DNA of 23,473 nucleotides from an uncultured bacterium (GTDB lineage: Bacteria > Babelota > Babeliae > Babelales > RVW-14). Location of the stretch: the NCBI GenBank assembly GCA_963759805.1, contig CAVXAT010000016.1, forward strand, positions 1-23,473, written 5' to 3'. A program made the translations under genes and the position numbers. Each line of letters opens with the position of its first letter. Position 1 is the stretch's first letter. Shown here piece by piece: positions 16,954-23,473 of the stretch. A model generated the notes under the pieces. It saw only the letters and a list, made by a program, of their open reading frames with translations, searched no databases and had not been told where the DNA came from.

Positions 16954-18402
16954 TTAGAATGACAGGGAGAGTTTGCCCCATACCATCCAGGAGTTTGGTA
17001 TGCTGTTCTCATTTGCCCAATCATATTTTCCACCAATACCCATCAAGAAAGGATATTCCCATTTCTTGAAGTGGTAGCCCAAACCGCCGTAGATGCCGTT
17101 TGTGAGTTGTGATGGAGTTGCTGCTGCATCTTCATCAACGTCTTTTCTTGAGATCCAGGCAGTTTCCTCACCATCGAAGTCGATTGGGTTTGTACCGAAA
17201 GTATAGTTTTCTAAATTAGTTCTATAAAATACTGATGCTACACCAAATCTGTCTTCTTCAATTTTGCCTCTGAAGTCAACATCCTCTTCATCTCTGTAGT
17301 AAAGGTTGTAACCTAGGTCTGCACTGAATCCGCCGTTGTTATAAGCTAATGCCAAAATACCATCAAATTGGCTGCCTGGTGTTACATCAACACCATTGTG
17401 TGACAAAACATTAACTGCAGGTATCAATGGCGCATTTACAGTGGAGCTATCGCCCAAAAGAACGTAAGGGGATAGATAATCCTTCAACTTAAGAGGTCTG
17501 TGCTCAGATGCTTCGAACAGATAACGGTAGTTAGCTGCAAAGTTCAATTTGATGTTTTGTTCGTGTTTGGTCCACAGGTTTGCATGTGCATCAAGTCCGC
17601 CACCAAATCCGAAGTGGGAGCCGTTGCCGTATATTGGTTCAAACAGTAGTTTACCATCTGGTTCTTCGCCTGTTGGGATTGTGATTGCAATGTTGATACC
17701 GAAGTGGTACTTGTCTTTGTACAAGAACTTGTAACCAAGAATTACATCGATATCAGCAAGACCTGTTTCGTTGTGCTCGCCTTTAATTAAACCACGTTCA
17801 ACTTCTTCTTGTGCATTACCTGGATCTGTAGCATTTGTTTGTTCATATTTGCCGGTGAAAAATTTATAAAGGTTTGTTTGCATTGCTGAGTCGGAACTAT
17901 GTACGCCCAAATCCATATCATTTTCTACACAAACGATCGTTGTGTTTACCTTGAGGTAGAGACCCTTTAGAAGTTTGTCCATGTTCTGGTAGTAATCAAA
18001 ACGTGCGCCGTATGATTCGGTTTCTGGATTGTATGAAACTTTTGCTGGGGTATCTTCGATCTCATGAGCCCAATCGTGAATCAAATAACGTAAAACAGTG
18101 TCGGCTGTTGCTGGAGTTGCATCACGTTGTGCTGCTGTGCCTAGTATATATGTGCTGTCACCATTCATACCAAAATAGCTGCCGAAATTACCGTTTGATT
18201 CTCCGTAGAAACCAGATACTTGTAAATTTCCACCAAAACGGTGGTCCAACTTCATTTGTGTTCTCTCATAGAATGTTGTAAGTTCCATTGGAAGATTTAC
18301 ATTGGAGCTTTTCAAGTTCATATATGTGTGGTCTGAGTGTGCCGAGATGTTTGAACTTACTGCCATTGCAGCAAGCGCTAGATATTTTATTGATTTATTC
18401 AT
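16954..18402 (-). CDS. Putative outer-membrane beta-barrel protein, paralog 2 (482 aa)
   Basis: Long blocks identical to paralog 1 (e.g. EPIYGNGSHFGFGGGLDAHANLWTK), the same MNKSIKYL start and the same WGKLSLSF end. Confidence 0.8.
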   Translation of the reverse strand: MNKSIKYLALAAMAVSSNISAHSDHTYMNLKSSNVNLPMELTTFYERTQMKLDHRFGGNLQVSGFYGESNGNFGSYFGMNGDSTYILGTAAQRDATPATADTVLRYLIHDWAHEIEDTPAKVSYNPETESYGARFDYYQNMDKLLKGLYLKVNTTIVCVENDMDLGVHSSDSAMQTNLYKFFTGKYEQTNATDPGNAQEEVERGLIKGEHNETGLADIDVILGYKFLYKDKYHFGINIAITIPTGEEPDGKLLFEPIYGNGSHFGFGGGLDAHANLWTKHEQNIKLNFAANYRYLFEASEHRPLKLKDYLSPYVLLGDSSTVNAPLIPAVNVLSHNGVDVTPGSQFDGILALAYNNGGFSADLGYNLYYRDEEDVDFRGKIEEDRFGVASVFYRTNLENYTFGTNPIDFDGEETAWISRKDVDEDAAATPSQLTNGIYGGLGYHFKKWEYPFLMGIGGKYDWANENSIPNSWMVWGKLSLSF

Positions 18403-19069
18403 TTACTTTTTCTCCGAAAATGCTGTGTAATATTATATTAAGGACTACGTTTTTAAATATTTACGACACCTGAGCCGTAAATATTTAAGCATCAACAACA
18501 TCGAATTAGAAGATTTTCTTTGTTATCGCGCCCTCCTTTCTTTGAATTAATAGATCGCGTGCTTGACACCGACACCGCCATCACTATCATAATTTAATGT
18601 GTTGAATCTATATGATGCTAAGGTGCTCCTCTTCACGTGAACTTGGCGTACTACTCATTGATGCTGATATTCTACGTGGTATTTACTTGCGTACCAAAGC
18701 CCACCTTGACGTTGATAGATTAATCGTGTTTTTAAAAGATATCAAGTATTTTTTTGTTAGCCTGTTAATAGCTTTTTATTTTCACACAAATAATTTATTG
18801 TGTGAATGATAACCATATTTAAAATATCTGTTTCGAGGCATTTATGTTTATCACTTTTGTTAATTACTTTTCCAGTCTAAAATACAAGATACTGGTTTTG
18901 TAAACAAAATGATTAAAAAAAATGTTTTGCCTTTATTTAAAAGGGTTTTTGAGTTTTAGTTTTCTGATTTTTGAAGATAACCCCAATGGATATTTTCGGT
19001 TATTTTTGATTTTGTCCCAAAACTATAAAAAATTTTTATGGGATCAATGAAGAACTCAATAAAATAAAA

Positions 19070-19113
19070 CTGGACCATGCCTGTTCCGAGTTTAGGAACA
19101 AATAATGGTCCAG
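19070..19113 (-). terminator. Putative terminator downstream of the large proline-rich gene
   Basis: ctggaccat..tgttcc-gagttta-ggaaca..atggtccag stem, followed on the minus strand by ttttatttt, about 20 bp after the stop at 19135. Confidence 0.6.
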
Positions 19114-19134
19114 GTTAGTTATCGGTTGTTTATT

Positions 19135-19440
19135 CTATTGTTCTTTCGTTGCATGGGCTTCTGCTTGTGGCTGTTGCACCTCTTGCTGTTTTGCTTTGGT
19201 TTTTTGAACCTTGACTGCCTCTGCTTTCGCTTTGGCTTGTGCTGCTGCTTTTTTTGCAGAATCTAACTGTGGCTTAAGTATATCAATTTCTTTATTTATA
19301 GAGTCTTCTTCATCAGGGGCCATAGCTTTCCGGCGGTTTAAAACCGCTATCTTCGACTTTAGCTGTTGGAATTCATTTTCCAGTTTTATGGCATCTTGTT
19401 CTTCAGGGGATTTATTGGCAAATTCTACAAATTGTTTTGC
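19135..19440 (-). CDS. Frameshifted C-terminal continuation (~101 aa, coiled-coil-like) of the proline-rich WH2 protein
   Basis: Frame open across 19440 to the stop at 19135 (AKQFVEFANKSPEEQDAIKLENEFQQLKSK...MAPDEED...TKEQ), with the same Ala/Lys/Glu composition as the upstream ORF. Confidence 0.75.
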   Translation of the reverse strand, partial: AKQFVEFANKSPEEQDAIKLENEFQQLKSKIAVLNRRKAMAPDEEDSINKEIDILKPQLDSAKKAAAQAKAKAEAVKVQKTKAKQQEVQQPQAEAHATKEQ

Positions 19441-21733
19441 TTTTTTCTTCTTCTATTTCTGCTGGTGTTGCAAGTTTTGCTTTTTTTCTTTCTTCTTCTG
19501 CTACTGCTTTTATGGGAGCCCCTTCTCCTGTTGCCGCAGTAAGAGTCCATGCTTTTTCATCGGGCCCATTTGCTTCTGCTTTTGTTGCCGCTGGCTCTGC
19601 TGGTGTTGTTCCCGATTGCTTAAAAGCACCTCTCAAAATATCGGTTAGGCTACGTCCTTCTAGCCCAGCCTTTTCAGCTTGTTCTTGAGTAAGGGGGGCG
19701 GGTTTGCGTTTCCCAACCGGTCGAAGTTTTTTCCCACTTTGTATCTCCGCCATCAGGTCGGGCCGCTCAGTTCCACTAGGTAGTTGCGATGGTTTTTTTG
19801 CAGTACCTTCTTCAGTGACAGTCTCTGCAGTTCCTTTAGGCTTCCAATTTGCTGGTGGCAATGGTGGTGGTGGAGTGGTAGCTTGTGCAGTTTCCTCTGC
19901 GGTAGTCGGTGTAGCAGCTTCAACAGATTTTGCCGTTGGTTCGGCAACCGGTGTTGTGGATGGTTTGGCCGCTACGGGAGTGGCAGCGATTTCTGCAGGT
20001 TTTGCAGCTTCAGCGGTAGGTTTGGGTTTAGCACCCCATTCTGGCATTGGAGGTGGTGGTGTGGTGGATTCTGTGCTTGGTCTAATTGTCTTAATCGTTT
20101 GAAGGGCTGTCCTAGAAGTTTCAATTGTCAATTCTAACTTCCCAACCAGAGTCATAAGCTCCCCATTGTATTTTTTTGAGATGGCGGTTCTTCGTGTAAG
20201 AATTTTCTGCATTTCTGGAGTTAATGCTTTAGTTTGGGGATGGGCGTTAAATTCTTCTATTCCAGGAATTTTAGCTATTTCAGCGTCGATTAATTTTTGG
20301 TTTTGCTCGATTTTTGTGTTAAGTTCAATCAGTGTAGCCTCTTTCCCTTTCAAGTCTTCTTCCATGCTTTTGATAGTAGGCGCATCTAGTCCTGTAACAA
20401 CTTTCTGACGTTCGGCTGTTAGTTCGGCTATTTTTTTAGTGGCAGCATCAAGATCTCCTTTTGCCACTGATGCATCAGCTAATCTTTTTTTATCCGCTTC
20501 ATAACCTTTTTTCACTTCTTGCTTATTTGCCAGTTCGCTTGTCCATCTGGCCATATCGCTATCAAAACCTGGTATAGCCCGTCTAGCAAACTCTAAATCA
20601 GTTTTTGCTTTTTGATATTCGGCTGAACTTCTACCAAATTTTGCAGCGGCTTCTGCTGCTTCTAATTGAGGCTTAATTTGAGCTCTTAAGCCATCTATTC
20701 GTGCTTGTAGCTTAGATGTATCCATATCAGTCGACCGACTCATCATTTCTAGGAATTCGACACCAACTTTTGGAGTAGCGGCTATCTGTGCTTTTAATTG
20801 TTTTGCTTTTTCTTTTTCTTGTGCTAAAGAATCACCTAATCCAATTAATTTTGTTTTGACGGTGCCGACAACAACTTCAACGTCCTTCTTTTTTGCGGTC
20901 TCTTCCTTCTCTGCGGCCGTCCTTTTAGGAGCAGGAGGCAGTGGAGTCGATGGAACAGCATATTTAACAGTAGGTTTCTCAGGTTCTTCAGCAGGAATAG
21001 CTGGTGCGGGCCTGTGTGGGGTTGTAGCAGGTTCAGTGCGTTTGGGAGCGGGCGGTGGAGGCACTGGGTGAGTAGGAAGAATATGAGCAGGTTTAGCCGC
21101 AACAGCTTCAACAGGTTCTACTGCTGTTCCAGGTTTATTCGTTCTATCTACAGCAGGCGGAGGCGGTGCGGGCGGTGCATGATGAGGAGGAATATGTGTA
21201 GCAGGAACAGGTTGTCCAGCCCCTGGTTGTAATTCCATAAATCTCTTTCCTATTTCCAATGTTTTAAACTTGCTTTTTAGATCCGGGGCTTCTAGTGTCC
21301 CCTTAATGAGTTCTTGCCAATGAGCTTGGGCGGCTGCGTGTTTAGCGGTGGCCTCTTTAACGGTAGGAACGGTAGGAGCAAGTCCAAAAACTGCTTTGAC
21401 TCTATCGAATGTAGAAGTTTGTTTCGCTTTAGTTATTCCAGCCAGAGTATCATTATGTTCTGTTAGTGCTTTATTGATTATGGATTCTAACTGGTTATGG
21501 TTAGGATCTTTTTTAACTTCAGTTATTAGATCTCGTGCTTGTTGGCGTGCTTCCTCCGGGGTTCTCACTTTGCCAATCCCCAAAGAGCTTTTTATTTTAC
21601 TGAAAGCTGATGGTTCTTCTTGTGGGGCTCTTCTTTCCTCTGTTGGGAATCTCCGTTCCTCCATTCCATAACAAAAGCTGCAAATCATTAAAGCGCTGAT
21701 TAAAAAAGATAGCCGTTTATTATTTTCACTCAT
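19412..21733 (-). CDS. Secreted proline-rich coiled-coil protein with a WH2 actin-binding motif (WASP/RickA-like effector candidate)
   Basis: ATG 21733 follows AAAGGA (track start 21772). Signal peptide, polyproline tracts, coiled coil and ERPDLMAEIQSGKKLRPV WH2 consensus. Confidence 0.75.
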   Translation of the reverse strand: MSENNKRLSFLISALMICSFCYGMEERRFPTEERRAPQEEPSAFSKIKSSLGIGKVRTPEEARQQARDLITEVKKDPNHNQLESIINKALTEHNDTLAGITKAKQTSTFDRVKAVFGLAPTVPTVKEATAKHAAAQAHWQELIKGTLEAPDLKSKFKTLEIGKRFMELQPGAGQPVPATHIPPHHAPPAPPPPAVDRTNKPGTAVEPVEAVAAKPAHILPTHPVPPPPAPKRTEPATTPHRPAPAIPAEEPEKPTVKYAVPSTPLPPAPKRTAAEKEETAKKKDVEVVVGTVKTKLIGLGDSLAQEKEKAKQLKAQIAATPKVGVEFLEMMSRSTDMDTSKLQARIDGLRAQIKPQLEAAEAAAKFGRSSAEYQKAKTDLEFARRAIPGFDSDMARWTSELANKQEVKKGYEADKKRLADASVAKGDLDAATKKIAELTAERQKVVTGLDAPTIKSMEEDLKGKEATLIELNTKIEQNQKLIDAEIAKIPGIEEFNAHPQTKALTPEMQKILTRRTAISKKYNGELMTLVGKLELTIETSRTALQTIKTIRPSTESTTPPPPMPEWGAKPKPTAEAAKPAEIAATPVAAKPSTTPVAEPTAKSVEAATPTTAEETAQATTPPPPLPPANWKPKGTAETVTEEGTAKKPSQLPSGTERPDLMAEIQSGKKLRPVGKRKPAPLTQEQAEKAGLEGRSLTDILRGAFKQSGTTPAEPAATKAEANGPDEKAWTLTAATGEGAPIKAVAEEERKKAKLATPAEIEEEKSKTICRICQ

Positions 21734-21821
21734 AAAAAACAGTCCTTTCACCTTTCTCCGCCAGACATACAAATTTTAACTGAATATTAAAATAAAAATT
21801 CTAGTATCCAAAAGTCAATAA

Positions 21822-22547
21822 TTATTTTAATGCTACGAAACTGATTTGACGCAAGGCTTGTTCCCCGTCGCATCTGTATGAATGGAAATTGTTGCTACCA
21901 GGCTTGCCTGTGCACATTGTGCAGTGATTGTTTTGAAAATGCATGTTCTTAGAAAGCATGCCAAGATCGATGAGCAGCAGTTTATTAAATAGAACGTTAT
22001 CAAAAAAAAGTTTGCCGTCATCTTTTCTGATAACTTGGTTTTTGAATTTAAAGTTTGTTAGATTTTGCAAAAAATCAGGTTGGACTTGATAACAGCAAGT
22101 TTTTGCGCATGGCCCAAAATAAATTTGCAGATCTTCCGGCGCAAATTTAAACTTTTCAAACATCATCTGCACCACTTTTGTGACTATTTCGGCAATTGCG
22201 CTGCGCCATCCGGCGTGGATGCACGCGGCAACATGATTTTTAGTGTCATAAAAAATTATTGGCAGGCAATCTGCTGTTAAAACTCCGATGCCAATATTTT
22301 TTTGATTTGTGATTAAAAAGTCGCCAACAAGATTGAATGGTCTGTTAAGATCCAAAGGTTTTATACATTCTGCTTTCTCTTTTGAATCAATATAAGTTCC
22401 GGCAGTACCGTGGACCTGTTCTGAGAAAATTAATTTTGTCAGCCCGTGGGTTTGAGCCAGGTTGTTACAAAAGCTGGTAAACTCTTTTGATTTATGACTG
22501 ACGGTGCAATTACTTTTGTCCCCGAAAAATATTGTGAAATTAAACAT
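21822..22547 (-). CDS. pgeF: Peptidoglycan editing factor PgeF / YfiH-family purine nucleoside phosphorylase
   Basis: QVHG, TADCLPI, HAGWR, GPC..CCY.V, CT.C and HSYR motifs. Confidence 0.94.
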   Translation of the reverse strand: MFNFTIFFGDKSNCTVSHKSKEFTSFCNNLAQTHGLTKLIFSEQVHGTAGTYIDSKEKAECIKPLDLNRPFNLVGDFLITNQKNIGIGVLTADCLPIIFYDTKNHVAACIHAGWRSAIAEIVTKVVQMMFEKFKFAPEDLQIYFGPCAKTCCYQVQPDFLQNLTNFKFKNQVIRKDDGKLFFDNVLFNKLLLIDLGMLSKNMHFQNNHCTMCTGKPGSNNFHSYRCDGEQALRQISFVALK

Positions 22548-23280
22548 CTTTAATTTTCCCCAAAATTTTTTCTAAGTCTTGTATTGAGTATGCGCCTTCT
22601 CGTACGACGCGAACTTGATCTGTTTGCGAAGCATCTAGATGCGAGGCATCCAAAATTGTTGATGGTTTACCATCCATAGCTATGAGCCCACAGGGCGAAA
22701 GCGAAGGATGGCTTTCGGTGCTCTTCTGTTCTTTGTCATCTACCAGATATGCCACTTGCGATGCGACTCGTTGATCAACAGAATCAATTGTAATTGGGGC
22801 AACTTCAAAACTTGTGTTGGCACTTGTTGAGTACAGTCCATTGAAATGTTTTAATACTGCCAGCAACGGAGTGTAATTTGGGCAACGAATTGCCATCGTT
22901 CCTTGCTCTGATTTTAAAAAATTAGGGAGTTCTTTTTTTGCTTTAAAAATAATAGTCAGTGGCCCGGGCCAAAGTTTAGTAACCAATTTTTGGATTTGCG
23001 GGTTAGGCTGTTGGGTTTGTTGCTGGATAAGTTTGGTGTTAAATTGTTGTGTGTCAACGAAGTAATCCAATTTACTTACATCAGAGATCAGGATGATATA
23101 TGGCTTGTTTTGCCGGCCGCCTTTAATTTTGTTTAGTGACTCAAAGCTTTGTTCAGTAGTGTTGGCAAGAAATCCGGGAATTGTGTCTGTGGTTGTTATC
23201 AAGATTTTGTTGTCTTGCAGGGCTTTTATTATTTTATTTTCTGTGTCCGGATTTTGCCAGTAAATAACCGGTTTAATCAT
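22540..23280 (-). CDS. tsaC: L-threonylcarbamoyladenylate synthase (TsaC/Sua5/YrdC domain)
   Basis: TDTIPG, K.R..NKP, LWPGPLT, AIRCP, STSAN, PSTILD and REGA motifs. True start is probably ATG 23280; the track's 51-aa extension is mostly translated MITE. Confidence 0.9.
   Translation of the reverse strand: MIKPVIYWQNPDTENKIIKALQDNKILITTTDTIPGFLANTTEQSFESLNKIKGGRQNKPYIILISDVSKLDYFVDTQQFNTKLIQQQTQQPNPQIQKLVTKLWPGPLTIIFKAKKELPNFLKSEQGTMAIRCPNYTPLLAVLKHFNGLYSTSANTSFEVAPITIDSVDQRVASQVAYLVDDKEQKSTESHPSLSPCGLIAMDGKPSTILDASHLDASQTDQVRVVREGAYSIQDLEKILGKIKDV
22670..22711. repeat. 42-bp palindromic module inserted in frame in tsaC
   Basis: ccatcc-ata-gct-atga-gccc-aca-gggc-gaa-agc-gaa-ggatgg has the same architecture as the MITE module gcc-ata-gcc-atga-gc-gaa-gc-gaa-ggc-gac-ggc. 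Confidence 0.8.
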
Positions 23281-23298
23281 TTTTTTCTTTCGGGGGTA

Positions 23299-23473
23299 AT
23301 ACCATTCAAAGTAAGTCTTATGCCCGCATGGTTCGAGCCGCCTTCGCCAAGGCTTCGGCGCCCAAGTACGTTTTTTTTGGCCGCTCGCCCTGAGTGCGCA
23401 CGCAGTGCGCGTATCGAAGGGTGCGGCCTGCAAAAAACACTTCCAGCCTCCGCGTAAAGCTACGGCGGACGCA
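23299..23473 (-). mobile_element. MITE-like palindromic element, copy C (truncated by the window end)
   Basis: Starts ataccattc. Nearly identical to the reverse complement of copy A up to about 23441, then carries a different hairpin module. Confidence 0.85.

Noticed and set aside
18612..18809. 65-aa plus-strand ORF
   Set aside because: No RBS or recognisable motif in an otherwise minus-strand neighbourhood; not excluded but unsupported.
19211..21671. Multiple plus-strand ORFs opposite the proline-rich gene, and other short antisense or nested ORFs in the track
   Set aside because: Shadow ORFs arising from the codon bias of the real genes.
23281..23433. 51-aa N-terminal extension of tsaC in the ORF track
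   Set aside because: It is mostly MITE copy C read from a TTG; TsaC-like sequence begins after ATG 23280.

Overview
AT-rich bacterial chromosomal window. Its gene style suggests a host-associated lineage such as Ca. Dependentiae/Babeliae (TM6); this is an inference I cannot confirm. Housekeeping genes (DUF2062, smpB, birA, sppA, rubredoxin, prmC, ftsY, Ham1/RdgB-like pyrophosphatase, DsbD/CcdA-like membrane protein, aspS, pgeF, tsaC) are interspersed with signal-peptide orphan proteins and a tandem pair of paralogous putative outer-membrane beta-barrels. Two signals stand out. (1) A family of GC-rich modular palindromic elements: three MITE-like copies (two complete at ~234 bp, one cut by the window end) with ATACCATTC terminal inverted repeats, interchangeable covarying hairpin cassettes, and related modules inserted in frame inside dsbD and tsaC. 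(2) A large, probably secreted, proline-rich coiled-coil protein with a WH2 motif followed by C-like and acidic-Trp segments, resembling a WASP/RickA-type actin nucleation-promoting factor; its 3' end is split by a frameshift at an A6 run. Several housekeeping genes also carry 15-bp in-frame tandem duplications. I saw no rRNA, tRNA, CRISPR array or transposase.
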